A stretch of DNA of 64,000 nt from Burkholderiales bacterium (GTDB taxonomy: Bacteria > Pseudomonadota > Gammaproteobacteria > Burkholderiales > SG8-39). How positions within the stretch are numbered: position 1 is the stretch's first letter; the number at the start of each line of letters is the position of its first letter. Under the pieces are notes generated by a model that made no database searches, was not told where the DNA came from, and worked only from the letters and a program-made list of their open reading frames with translations. Of this stretch, positions 42,797-52,435 are shown piece by piece. The stretch spans positions 483 to 64,482 of the forward strand of contig DASZOS010000055.1 in assembly GCA_035550695.1 (NCBI GenBank), written 5' to 3'. Position numbers and translations under genes: made by a program.

Positions 42797-44140
42797 ATGA
42801 GCTCTTCAAGTCGCTATTTCGCCACCGACGCGCTGCTGCCCGAAGGCTGGGCGCGCGACGTCGTCATCGAGGTCGATGCATCGGGCGACCTCGCGGCGGT
42901 GACGCCGAATAGCGCAGGCGAAGGCGCCGAGCGCCTGGCGGGGCCGGTGCTCGCCGGCATGGCGAACCTGCATTCGCACGCCTTCCAGCGCGCGATGGCC
43001 GGCCTCGCCGAGGTGCGCGGCCCGCAGGACGACGACTTCTGGTCCTGGCGCAGCCTCATGTACCGTTTCGTCGAGCGCCTCGACGCGGCGCAGGCGCAGG
43101 CGATCGCGCTCCAGCTCTACATCGAGATGCTGAAGCACGGCTACACGGCGGTGGCGGAGTTCCACTACGTGCACCACCCGGCCGGAATGCTCGACGCGCA
43201 CGCCGCGGCGGCGCGCGAGGCGGGCATCGCCATCACGCTGCTGCCGGTGGTGTACCTGTGGGCCGGATTCGGCCGCCGGCCCCTCGAGCCGCGGCAGCGG
43301 CGCTTCGCTTTCGGCGTCGACGACGCGCTTGCCTGCCTGGACCGGTTCAAGGGGTCTCTGGCCGACGAGTTTCGGCTCGGCGTAGCGCCGCACTCGCTGC
43401 GCGCCGTGGATCCCGACTCCCTGAAGGAGCTGCTGCGCGCCATTCCCGTGGACCTCCCGGTCCACATCCACGCCGCCGAGCAGGCGCGTGAAGTCGACGA
43501 ATGCAAGGCGGCGCTCGGCAAGCGGCCGGTGGAATGGCTGCTCGCCAACTTCGAGATCGACGCGCGCTGGTGCCTCGTGCACGCGACGCACCTCAGCGCC
43601 CAGGAAACCCGGGGCCTCGCCACGAGCGGCGCCGTGGCGGGACTATGCCCGAGCACCGAAGCGAACCTCGGCGACGGCGTCTTTCCGCTCATCGCCTACC
43701 GCGCGGCGCGCGGGCGGTACGGCATCGGCGGCGACAGCCACGTGTCGCGCAATCCCGCGGAAGAGCTTCGTCTTCTTGAATATGTGCAGCGCCTGTCCGT
43801 CCAGAAACGCAACTTGATTACATCCAGCAAAAGCGCGGCGGTCGGTACCACGTTGTGGCTGGAGGCGGCGGCGGGCGGCGCGCAGGCGCTCGGGCGGCGC
43901 ATGGGCGCGCTCGCGCCCGGCATGCGCGCCGACCTGGTGGTTCTCGACGCGGAGCACGTCGATCTCGCCGGCCGCGGCGGCGACGCGATCGCGAACGCTC
44001 TGGTTTTCACCGGCGCCTCGGACCTGGTGCGCGACGTGATGGTGGCCGGCCGCCGGGTGGTGCGCGACAAGCACCATGCCGGCGAGGAGCGCGCCGCGGC
44101 CGGTTACCGGCAGGCGCTGCGCGCGCTGCTCATCCAGTAA
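42797..44140 (+). CDS. hutF: Formimidoylglutamate deiminase
   Basis: ANLHSHAFQRAMAGL, EFHYVHH, APHSLRAV and CPSTEANLGDG. Confidence 0.95.
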   Translation: MSSSSRYFATDALLPEGWARDVVIEVDASGDLAAVTPNSAGEGAERLAGPVLAGMANLHSHAFQRAMAGLAEVRGPQDDDFWSWRSLMYRFVERLDAAQAQAIALQLYIEMLKHGYTAVAEFHYVHHPAGMLDAHAAAAREAGIAITLLPVVYLWAGFGRRPLEPRQRRFAFGVDDALACLDRFKGSLADEFRLGVAPHSLRAVDPDSLKELLRAIPVDLPVHIHAAEQAREVDECKAALGKRPVEWLLANFEIDARWCLVHATHLSAQETRGLATSGAVAGLCPSTEANLGDGVFPLIAYRAARGRYGIGGDSHVSRNPAEELRLLEYVQRLSVQKRNLITSSKSAAVGTTLWLEAAAGGAQALGRRMGALAPGMRADLVVLDAEHVDLAGRGGDAIANALVFTGASDLVRDVMVAGRRVVRDKHHAGEERAAAGYRQALRALLIQ

Positions 44141-44310
44141 GGGTGATTTCGCCCTTGAGCGAGCCAGCTGGCCCGTCCGAGTGGGTTATTTGCCCCGGCG
44201 GCATCGAACCCTCGCGCGCACGCGCACAAATGCCGCGGCAAATCAAGCAATTGAAGCCGCTGCGGCAACTGGAATACATCGTGCCTTGGCGAAGGGCCAA
44301 AGGTACCCCG

Positions 44311-45054
44311 ATGAGCGAGTGGCTCGAACCTCTGCAGCGGGCGCTGAACGCGGCGCGCAGCCGAGTCGGATTCTTTTTCCGCGACGACGGCGCCGGCTGG
44401 GGCGACGAGCGGCTGCACGCCTTGCTCGCGGTGTTCGAGCGCCGCGCGGTGCCGCTCGATCTGGCCGTCATCCCGGCCGCGCTCGGAGCCAATCTCGCGC
44501 GCGAGCTGTCGGCGCGGCTGTGCGCCGCGCCGGCGCTGCTGGGCGTGCATCAGCACGGCTATGCCCATTCCAATCACGAGCCGGCGGGGCGCAAGTGCGA
44601 GTTCGGCGACGCTCGCAGCCGCGCCGAGCAGCGGCACGATCTCGCGGCCGGAGCGGAAATCCTGCGTGCGAGCTTCGGTGCGCAGGTCGAGCCGATTTTC
44701 ACGCCACCGTGGAACCGCTGCAATGCCGTGACCGTCGATTGCCTCGCGGAGCTCGGGTATCGCGCGCTTTCGCGCGAGCGCGGCGCGGCGCCCCTGGACG
44801 GGCGCGGGCTCTCGGAGCTGCCGGTCGACATCGACTGGTGCAAAGCGCTCGTAACGCAGCGCTCGCCGCTGGAGCGATTGAGCCGCGAGCTCGCAACTGC
44901 GGCGGCGAGCGGCCGTCCGGTGGGCATCATGCTTCATCATGCCGTCATGGCGGACCCGGACTTGATGCAGCTTGGCGAGCTGCTTCGTCTGCTTTCGAGG
45001 CACCCGGCGAGCCGCTGCCTTCTGATGCGTCAAGTCGCTTCTCATACGCAATAG
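44311..45054 (+). CDS. Polysaccharide deacetylase-like (NodB-fold) protein
   Basis: FFRDDG, LAVIP, HQHGYAHSNH, FTPPWNR and GIMLHH. Confidence 0.8.
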   Translation: MSEWLEPLQRALNAARSRVGFFFRDDGAGWGDERLHALLAVFERRAVPLDLAVIPAALGANLARELSARLCAAPALLGVHQHGYAHSNHEPAGRKCEFGDARSRAEQRHDLAAGAEILRASFGAQVEPIFTPPWNRCNAVTVDCLAELGYRALSRERGAAPLDGRGLSELPVDIDWCKALVTQRSPLERLSRELATAAASGRPVGIMLHHAVMADPDLMQLGELLRLLSRHPASRCLLMRQVASHTQ

Positions 45055-45923
45055 AACTCGACCGCCGTGGCGTCGTGATCGGCGATGCGATGCCCGATGC
45101 CGATGTGACCGTGCTCGCGAAGAATGAGCTCCTCGCGCCGCAGGCATATCTCCGCTTCGCCCGCCACCACGACATACGTCCCGTTCGAGCTTTGGTCGAC
45201 CAGCACGAACTTGTCGCGGCGCTTCTCGATGCGCGCATGGTGCCGTGACGCTTTCCGGTCCACGATGACGAGCTCGCAAGCCGCGTCGCGCCCGAGCCGC
45301 AGAGGGCCGCCGCCCATGCCGTCGAACCAGAGGTCCCGGCCGCCGAATACGAGCTTGAGGCGCGAGGGGTGCTCCTCCAGGCGCGTGCCCAGCGTCGTGA
45401 ATTCCTCGGCGTCCTGCCACGACAGCTCGAAGATCTCCAGCGGCTCGCGCTTGCCCTTCACGGCGACATGGTCAAGCATGCGCACGCGCTGCCGCAGCCG
45501 CTCGCCCAGCCTGCCGACCACCTCGTGCGTGGCGATGACCTGCCCGGGCTTGGCCAGACCGACCACGCGCACCGCCGCATTCACGCAATCGCCGTAGATA
45601 TCGCCTGCGCTTTCCAGCACCGGCCCGTAGTGGCAGCCGACGTGGATCGCGAGCGTCGGGCCGCCGAGGGCCGCTTGCTCCGCCAGGCGGATTTGCATGA
45701 ACCGCGCGGCATCCAGGGCGGCTTCAGCCTGCTCGAAGGTGCACATGAGACCGTCGCCGGTCGTCTTCACCACGCGTCCGTCGAACTCCAGGGCGGCGTC
45801 GCGCAGAAGGCGCAGACAGACCTCGATACGGGCGAGCGCCTGCTCGTCTCCCAGCTCTTCGTATAGCCGCGTGCTGCCGCTGATGTCGGCGAAGAGCACG
45901 GCGCAGCTATGGGGGCCGGTCAC
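45042..45923 (-). CDS. Class III adenylate/guanylate cyclase with C-terminal FHA domain
   Basis: Cyclase motifs VLFADISGST, VVKTTGDG and DIYGDCVNAAVRV. FHA motifs LGRD, ASRHHARI and DQSSNGT. Confidence 0.92.
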   Translation of the reverse strand: MTGPHSCAVLFADISGSTRLYEELGDEQALARIEVCLRLLRDAALEFDGRVVKTTGDGLMCTFEQAEAALDAARFMQIRLAEQAALGGPTLAIHVGCHYGPVLESAGDIYGDCVNAAVRVVGLAKPGQVIATHEVVGRLGERLRQRVRMLDHVAVKGKREPLEIFELSWQDAEEFTTLGTRLEEHPSRLKLVFGGRDLWFDGMGGGPLRLGRDAACELVIVDRKASRHHARIEKRRDKFVLVDQSSNGTYVVVAGEAEICLRREELILREHGHIGIGHRIADHDATAVEFYCV

Positions 45924-46039
45924 GGCTTGCTCGATTCGATTGACGGGGCTGGATCGCGACGCATAGTATCGTTTGTCGTGTCCGGAAACCCAGCCTCACG
46001 GATGGGCCGTGGCACTGGAATCCGCCCGCACGACACCGA

Positions 46040-46924
46040 ATGCGGACCACGCTGGCACTTGCGACAGCGGCGTGCCTGACGCTGCCCGTCATCGGGGCAG
46101 GCGCCGAAGCGCCCGCGGTGGTAACCCTCGTAGAAGACCAGGCGGCGCTGCTGCGCAGCAGCGGCCGGTTCGCTCTCGCCGAGGGCGTGCGTTTGCAGGC
46201 AGGCGACGTGGTGGAGGTCGCAGACAAGGGGCTGGTGCAGATCGGCCTCGCCGACGGCACGAAGCTCAGTCTTGGACCGCAAAGCCGTTTCCATGTCGCG
46301 GCGCTCGCTGCCTCGCGCTCGGATTTTTACCTGCTGCAAGGCTGGAGCAAGTTCGCGCTCGCTCGGCCGGCCACGCCGCTGCGCGTGACGACGCCGTTCT
46401 TCGGGCTCGGCGCTGCGGAGGCCATCGTGGTGCTGCACGTCCGGAGCGAGGAGGCAAGCCTGTTCGTGGAAAAAGGCGAGCTGCGGCTCTCCGAAGGTTT
46501 CGTCAAGGCGAGCGCGACGAGCGCCGTAGCCGTGCGCGCCGGGCAGTTCTACGCGCGCAAAGCCGAACAGAGGGGCACGCTGCTCCCGCGACCGGCGCCG
46601 GCGTTCGTCGCCGCGATGCCCAGGCACTATCAGGACAACCTGCCCGAGCGGCTCGCGAAGCACAAGGACCGCGAAGTGGCGCCTCGGCGCCTGGGGGATC
46701 TCGCGTACGCCGACGTGGAGGCGTGGCTCAAAGGCCCGCCCGATCTGCGCCGCCCCATGATGCAGCGCTTGCGCTCGCATGCGCGGGAGCCGCAATTCCG
46801 CAAAGCGCTGATCGCCAATCTGTCGTTCCACCCCGAATGGGACCGCATCCTGTTTCCCGACAAGTACAAGCCGAAGCCGCCGCCCGTCGCCGGCCCGGCC
46901 GCCGCGCCGCAGGCGAAGGAGTGA
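46040..46924 (+). CDS. Exported FecR-like domain protein
   Basis: Signal peptide, then LQAGDVVEV...VQIGLADGTKLSLGPQSRF (FecR-like beta region). Confidence 0.7.
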   Translation: MRTTLALATAACLTLPVIGAGAEAPAVVTLVEDQAALLRSSGRFALAEGVRLQAGDVVEVADKGLVQIGLADGTKLSLGPQSRFHVAALAASRSDFYLLQGWSKFALARPATPLRVTTPFFGLGAAEAIVVLHVRSEEASLFVEKGELRLSEGFVKASATSAVAVRAGQFYARKAEQRGTLLPRPAPAFVAAMPRHYQDNLPERLAKHKDREVAPRRLGDLAYADVEAWLKGPPDLRRPMMQRLRSHAREPQFRKALIANLSFHPEWDRILFPDKYKPKPPPVAGPAAAPQAKE

Positions 46925-46943
46925 GCGCGCTGGAGGAGGCGCC

Positions 46944-47816
46944 ATGCAGCTGATCCTGAAATTCAACCTGGTATTCGTCACCGTCTTCCTCGCCGGCCTG
47001 GGAATCGCGGGCTATGTGGCCGAGCGGCTCCTGCAGAACAACGCGCGCGAGGAGATGCTGCACAGCGCGCGGCTGGTCATCGAAACCGCGCTCGCCACGC
47101 GAAGCTACACCTCGAGCCAGGTCGGGCCGCTCCTGCAGACGCAGATCAAGTACCAGTTCCTGCCTCAGTCGGTGCCCGCCTACTCGGCGACCGAGGTGTT
47201 CAACGGCCTGCGCAAGAAATTTCCGGAATACGCCTACAAGGAAGCGACGCTCAACCCGACCAATCCGCGCAACCGGGCGGTGGACTGGGAAACCGATGTG
47301 GTGAACCAGTTCCGCAACAGCGCGGAGCACACCGAGATCATCGGCGAGCACGACACGCCCACCGGGCGCCTGCTTTACCTCGCGCGGCCGATCCAGATCC
47401 GCGACGGCGCCTGCCTCACCTGCCACAGCACGGTCGACGTCGCGCCCAAGACGCTGATCGAAAGATACGGGCCGGCAAACGGCTTCGGCTGGAAGCTGAA
47501 CGAGATCGTCGGTGCGCAAGTCGTCTCGGTGCCCACCGAGGTGCCGACGCAGCGCGCGCGCGCCGCTTTGCGCACCTTCATGCTCGCCCTCGGCGGGATA
47601 TTCGTGCTGGTCGGCGTGGTGCTCAACGTCATGCTCCTTTCGATGGTCATCATGCCGGTCTCCAGGCTGGCGAAGCTCGCCGACCAGGTCAGCCTCGGCG
47701 GCATGGACGTGCCGGACTTCCATGTGCGCTCGAGGGACGAGATCCGGGTGCTCGCCGATTCGTTCAACCGGATGAAGAAGAGCCTGGTGCAAGCCATGAA
47801 GATGCTCGAGGAGTGA
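46944..47816 (+). CDS. Membrane sensor: periplasmic heme-c domain (DUF3365/Tll0287-like) + HAMP, no output domain
   Basis: Two TM segments, YKEATLNPTNPRNRA, CLTCH (CxxCH), and a HAMP (DEIRVLADSFNRM) that ends the protein. Confidence 0.85.
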   Translation: MQLILKFNLVFVTVFLAGLGIAGYVAERLLQNNAREEMLHSARLVIETALATRSYTSSQVGPLLQTQIKYQFLPQSVPAYSATEVFNGLRKKFPEYAYKEATLNPTNPRNRAVDWETDVVNQFRNSAEHTEIIGEHDTPTGRLLYLARPIQIRDGACLTCHSTVDVAPKTLIERYGPANGFGWKLNEIVGAQVVSVPTEVPTQRARAALRTFMLALGGIFVLVGVVLNVMLLSMVIMPVSRLAKLADQVSLGGMDVPDFHVRSRDEIRVLADSFNRMKKSLVQAMKMLEE

Positions 47817-49261
47817 GCGGCGCCATGGCGCAGCTCCAATCCCTTGGCAAGTACCAGATCACCGAGGTGATCGGCAAGGGCGCGATGGGCGTCGTCTACA
47901 AGGCGTACGACCCGAACATCCGCCGCACCGTCGCCATCAAGACCGTGCGCCTGGATTCGGCCGACGATGGCCGCACCCAGGCCATGCTGGCACGCTTCAA
48001 GAACGAAGCGCAGGCGGCCGGGCGGCTATCGCATCCCGGCATCGTCGCGATCCACGACTACGGCGAGGAGCAGGGCCTCGCGCATATCGCGATGGAATAC
48101 ATCGAGGGCAACAGCCTGCGCGAGTACCTCAGCCGCGGCACGCGCTTCGGCGACCGCGACGCGGTTTCGATCATGGCCCAGCTGCTCGATGCGCTCGCCT
48201 ATGCGCACGAGCAAGGCGTCTGGCATCGCGACATCAAGCCGGCCAACCTCATCGTCATGCGCAACGGCAAGCTGAAGATCGCCGATTTCGGCATCGCCCG
48301 CATAGACTCGTCGAACCTCACGCACATCGGCACCGTAATGGGCACTCCGGGATACATGGCGCCGGAGCAATACACGGGCACGCAGGTCGACTGGCGCGTC
48401 GACATCTTCTCCGCCGGCGTGGTGATGTACGAGCTCCTCACGGGCGTGAAGCCCTTTGCCGGCAGGCTGGAAACCGTCGCGTACAAGGTCTGCAACGAGA
48501 ACCCGCCGCCGCCCTCGCAGGTTCAGCGCGATCCAGCCGCTCCGGCAGCCTACGACGCCCTCGTCGCACGCGCGATCGCGAAGAAACCCGAGCAGCGCTT
48601 CCAGAGCGCCGTCGAGTTCCGCTCCGCACTGCTCGATGCGTACGCCGCGCCGGTGAGCGCCGCGCTGTCCGAGGAAACGATCATCACCGAAGTGGTGCCG
48701 ACGCTGCGCGTGGAGCCGACCCATCCCTCGAGCGGTCCCGGACCCGCAGTAGCGACGACCGGGCGCACGACCGCGCCGCCGCCGGGGTGGGATCCGGCGC
48801 TGCTGAAGCAGATCGAGGGCCATTTCGCGCGCCTTGTCGGGCCGGTTGCGAAGGTGCTGGTACGCCGGGCCGGCCGCCTGACGCTGGACATCGACGAGCT
48901 CTACGTCCAATTGGCCGGCAAGCTCGACTCCGACGACGAGCGCAAGGCGTTCATGGCGACGCGCAGCGCGCTCGCCGGGGCGCCGCCCGGCCCCTCGGCG
49001 GTGCGCCGCACGACGCACGGCGGCGTGCGCCCCGCCGCGCCGAACGATGCGCTCCTGACCCCGGAAAGGATCGACGCCGCGCAACGCCGGCTTGCCACGT
49101 ACATCGGGCCGATTGCCAAAGTGATGGCAAGAAAGGCCGCCGCGCAGACCGACTCCGCGGCGCGCTTCTACCTGCTGCTCGCCGAGAGCCTTTCCGAGGC
49201 CGAACGCGTGCGTTTCCTCGAGGACGTGGGCTTGCGCTCGTCCAGCGGCGATTTGCCCTGA
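47813..49261 (+). CDS. Hanks-type Ser/Thr protein kinase, apparently soluble
   Basis: GKGAMGVVY, VAIK, HRDIKPAN, DFGIA and GTPGYMAPE. No TM segment seen. Confidence 0.95.
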   Translation: MSGAMAQLQSLGKYQITEVIGKGAMGVVYKAYDPNIRRTVAIKTVRLDSADDGRTQAMLARFKNEAQAAGRLSHPGIVAIHDYGEEQGLAHIAMEYIEGNSLREYLSRGTRFGDRDAVSIMAQLLDALAYAHEQGVWHRDIKPANLIVMRNGKLKIADFGIARIDSSNLTHIGTVMGTPGYMAPEQYTGTQVDWRVDIFSAGVVMYELLTGVKPFAGRLETVAYKVCNENPPPPSQVQRDPAAPAAYDALVARAIAKKPEQRFQSAVEFRSALLDAYAAPVSAALSEETIITEVVPTLRVEPTHPSSGPGPAVATTGRTTAPPPGWDPALLKQIEGHFARLVGPVAKVLVRRAGRLTLDIDELYVQLAGKLDSDDERKAFMATRSALAGAPPGPSAVRRTTHGGVRPAAPNDALLTPERIDAAQRRLATYIGPIAKVMARKAAAQTDSAARFYLLLAESLSEAERVRFLEDVGLRSSSGDLP

Positions 49262-49353
49262 AAAGGCGGCAGGCACAGCAGCGCACCGTACAGGAGAAAC
49301 ACAGCGCACAGCAGCGCGGCCAGCGTGACCAACACATCGAGCAGCGTTTCCAT
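49168..49353 (-). CDS. Small single-pass membrane protein (61 aa), hypothetical
   Basis: GGAGG RBS before ATG 49353. Hydrophobic N-terminus METLLDVLVTLAALLCAVFLLYGALLCLP, then a basic tail. Confidence 0.5.
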   Translation of the reverse strand: METLLDVLVTLAALLCAVFLLYGALLCLPPFQGKSPLDERKPTSSRKRTRSASERLSASSR

Positions 49354-49451
49354 CCGGGCCTCCTCCGGTCCTTGATGGACGCCACTGTAGGTCGGGGCAA
49401 GCGCCGGCTCGACGCCGGCCGGCACGCCGGCGCTGTGACCGATTCACATTC

Positions 49452-50108
49452 CTACCAGTGCGCCGGAAGCTTGCGGTGCAGGACGATCTGCTTCGTTTCC
49501 ACGCTGACGTAGCCGCCGGCGCAAAGGTCGCTCAGGATCCGGCTCACCATCTCCCGCGAGCTTCCTATGCGCGCGGCGATGTCGGCCTGGGTGAGGCGCC
49601 CGCCCACCACGCGCCGGTTGCCCTCATCCACCGCCTGCTCCTCGAGGAAGCGCACCAGGCGGCTGTAGACGTCCTTGAGCGCGAGGTCGCGCACGCGCTC
49701 GGTAAGCGAGCGCACCTTGCCGATCAGCTTGCGCATGAGGTGCCGCGCGAACTCGGGATTGGTCGCAAGCAGCGCTTCGACGTCGCGCTGCGGTATCACG
49801 AACAAGCGCGCGGGCTCCAGCGTCATGACGGAAGCCGCGCGCGCGCCGCCGTCGAGGACCAGCTCGCCGAAGAAATCGCCCGCCCCGATGGTGTTGAGCA
49901 CCACTTCCTTGCCCTGCTCGTCGGCCACGAAGGCCTTCACCCGGCCCGACACGATGACGTAAAGCGAATCGGTCTGGTCGCCCTCGCTCACAACCACCAC
50001 GTTGCGCGCGTACGACCGCAGCGCGCCACCGGGAGCAAGGCCGCGCAGCGCCTGCTCGTCGAGGTGCGCGAAGGGCGCCTTGTCGCCGGCTGCGCTAGAC
50101 GGAGCCAA
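49452..50108 (-). CDS. Crp/Fnr family transcriptional regulator
   Basis: cNMP-binding FFGEL...RAASV and [24 protein letters not shown]. Confidence 0.93.
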   Translation of the reverse strand: MAPSSAAGDKAPFAHLDEQALRGLAPGGALRSYARNVVVVSEGDQTDSLYVIVSGRVKAFVADEQGKEVVLNTIGAGDFFGELVLDGGARAASVMTLEPARLFVIPQRDVEALLATNPEFARHLMRKLIGKVRSLTERVRDLALKDVYSRLVRFLEEQAVDEGNRRVVGGRLTQADIAARIGSSREMVSRILSDLCAGGYVSVETKQIVLHRKLPAHW

Positions 50109-52002
50109 GCTCGGTACGGTTCCTGAAATATTCGAGCGCCTCGGGGTTGGCGAGCGCCTCGAGGTTCTTCACCGGCCGGCCGTGCACCACGTCGCGCACC
50201 GCGAGCTCGACGATCTTGCCGCTCTTCGTGCGCGGGATGTCGGCGACCTGGACGATCTTCGCCGGCACGTGCCGCGGCGTGGTGTTCTCGCGGATTCTTC
50301 TTCTTATGGAAGAAACGAGCTCATCGGAAAGCGACAGGCCTTCCTTCAGCTTCACGAAGAGCACGACGCGCACGTCCGACTCCCAGTTCTGGCCGATGAC
50401 CAGCGACTCGAGGATTTCCGGAAGCTGCTCGACCTGGCGGTAGATCTCGGCGGTGCCGATGCGCACGCCGCCCGGATTCAGGACCGCGTCCGAGCGCCCG
50501 TAAATGATGATGCCGCCGTGCTCGGTGATCTCGCACCAGTCGCCGTGGCGCCAGACGCTCGGATACCTCTCGAAGTACGCGGCGCGGTATTTCGCGCCGT
50601 CGGGGTCGTTCCAGAACCCCACCGGCATCGAGGGAAACGGCCGGGTGCAGACGAGCTCGCCTTTCTCCTTCCTTACCGAATTTCCTTTCTCATCGAAAAC
50701 TTCGACCGCCATCCCCAGGCCCTTGGCCTGGATCTCGCCGCGCCAGACCGGCCCGGCCGGGTTGCCGAGGACGAAGCAGGAAACGATGTCGGTGCCCCCG
50801 GAGATGGACGAGAGGCACACGTCGCGCTTGACGTCGGCATAGACGTAATCGAAGCCCTCCGGCGCGAGCGGCGAGCCGGTCGAAAGCACCGCGCGCAGGC
50901 GCTCCAGGCGGTGCGTCTGCCTGGGCTTCAGGCCCGCCTTCGCAATGGCGTCGATGAACTTGGCCGAGGTGCCGAAATGCGTCATGCCTTCGGCGTCGGC
51001 GAAATCGAAGAGCGTGCCCCCGCGCTGCACGAAGGGCGAGCCGTCGTAGAGGAGCAGCGTCGCCCCCGAGGCGAGCCCCGATACCAGCCAGTTCCACATC
51101 ATCCAGCCGAGCGTGGTGAAGTAGAACAGGCGGTCGCCAGGCTTCACGTCGCTGTGCAGGCGGTGCTCCTTGAGATGCTGCAGCAGCGTGCCGCCGGTGC
51201 CGTGGACGATGCACTTGGGCACGCCGGTCGTCCCCGACGAGTACAGGATGTACAGCGGGTCGTTGAAAGCGACCTGCGCGAAGCGCATGTCCCGCGGCTC
51301 GAACGGCTCGATGAAATCGTAGAGCGAGGTGCCGGCGCGCGCCGGCGCGCCCAGATAATCGATGACCACGCACTCCTCGACCGAAGGCAGCTTGTCGAGC
51401 ACCGCCTCGACCTTCTCCTGGCAGTCGAATTCCTTGCCGCCGTACAGGTAGCCGTCGGCGCAGAAAAGTATCTTCGGCTGGATCTGGCCGAAGCGGTCGA
51501 GGACGCCCTGCACGCCGAAGTCCGGAGAGCAGCTCGACCAGATCGCGCCCAGGCTCGCCGTGGCGAGCATCGCCGCGGCCGATTCGGGCAGGTTCGGCAG
51601 ATAGCCGGCGACCCGATCGCCCGGACCGACTCCGGCATCGGCGAGCGCCTGCGCGAGGCGCGAGACGAGAATGTAGACCTGCTCGAAGCTCAATCTTCGC
51701 CGGATCCGGTCCTCGCCCCAGAACACGATGGCATCGGCGGCGTCGCGCCGGCGCAGCAGGTTCTCTGCGAAGTTGAGCTTCGCCTGCGGGAACCACTGGG
51801 CGCCCGGCATGCGCTCCCGGTCGACGAGCGTGGGACCCTGCCGCTTTCCGCGCACTTCGCAGAAATCCCACAGCAGGTTCCAGAAGTCTTCGGCGCGCTC
51901 CACCGACCAGGCGTGCAGCTCGTCGTAGCTCGCCTTGCCCGCGAGCCGCATGAAGCGCGCGAGCTCGGTCTGCGCCGCGCGCTCCGGAGTCGGGGACCAC
52001 AA
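50095..52002 (-). CDS. Acetoacetate-CoA ligase
   Basis: [34 protein letters not shown] and [20 protein letters not shown]. Start uncertain (TTG 52002 just after the thioesterase stop). Confidence 0.92.
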   Translation of the reverse strand: MWSPTPERAAQTELARFMRLAGKASYDELHAWSVERAEDFWNLLWDFCEVRGKRQGPTLVDRERMPGAQWFPQAKLNFAENLLRRRDAADAIVFWGEDRIRRRLSFEQVYILVSRLAQALADAGVGPGDRVAGYLPNLPESAAAMLATASLGAIWSSCSPDFGVQGVLDRFGQIQPKILFCADGYLYGGKEFDCQEKVEAVLDKLPSVEECVVIDYLGAPARAGTSLYDFIEPFEPRDMRFAQVAFNDPLYILYSSGTTGVPKCIVHGTGGTLLQHLKEHRLHSDVKPGDRLFYFTTLGWMMWNWLVSGLASGATLLLYDGSPFVQRGGTLFDFADAEGMTHFGTSAKFIDAIAKAGLKPRQTHRLERLRAVLSTGSPLAPEGFDYVYADVKRDVCLSSISGGTDIVSCFVLGNPAGPVWRGEIQAKGLGMAVEVFDEKGNSVRKEKGELVCTRPFPSMPVGFWNDPDGAKYRAAYFERYPSVWRHGDWCEITEHGGIIIYGRSDAVLNPGGVRIGTAEIYRQVEQLPEILESLVIGQNWESDVRVVLFVKLKEGLSLSDELVSSIRRRIRENTTPRHVPAKIVQVADIPRTKSGKIVELAVRDVVHGRPVKNLEALANPEALEYFRNRTELGSV

Positions 52003-52007
52003 CGGGC

Positions 52008-52409
52008 CTACTGAAGCAATGAGCGGATCCTTTCCGGGATGCGCACCGGCTTTTGCCGCTGCATGTCGATGAATACCACCGTGGCGGCGCCGTCGGCGCA
52101 CAGCTCCTCGCCGATGAGAAGCTCGTAGTAGGTCGCCACGCTCGAGCCGCCCGGGGGGCCGGCCAGGACGCGGACCTCCACCGTGCCCGGGTAGTTGATG
52201 GGCCGCTTGAAATTGCACGACGCGTTGGCGATCACCAGGCCGGTGCTGCTCCAGGCCTCCTCTTCCGGAACCAGCGCGTCGAACCAGCTGATGCGCGCCT
52301 GCTCCATGTAGCGGAAATAGACGGTGTTGTTGACGTGGCCCATCGCGTCCATGTCGCCCCAGCGGATGGGAATGCGCTCGACGTGGACCAGCTTTCGCTC
52401 GTCTTTCAT
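52008..52409 (-). CDS. Acyl-CoA thioesterase (4HBT/YbgC hot-dog family)
   Basis: [25 protein letters not shown]. Confidence 0.92.
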   Translation of the reverse strand: MKDERKLVHVERIPIRWGDMDAMGHVNNTVYFRYMEQARISWFDALVPEEEAWSSTGLVIANASCNFKRPINYPGTVEVRVLAGPPGGSSVATYYELLIGEELCADGAATVVFIDMQRQKPVRIPERIRSLLQ

Positions 52410-52435
52410 TTTCGCCGCTGATTATAATTGCCGGC

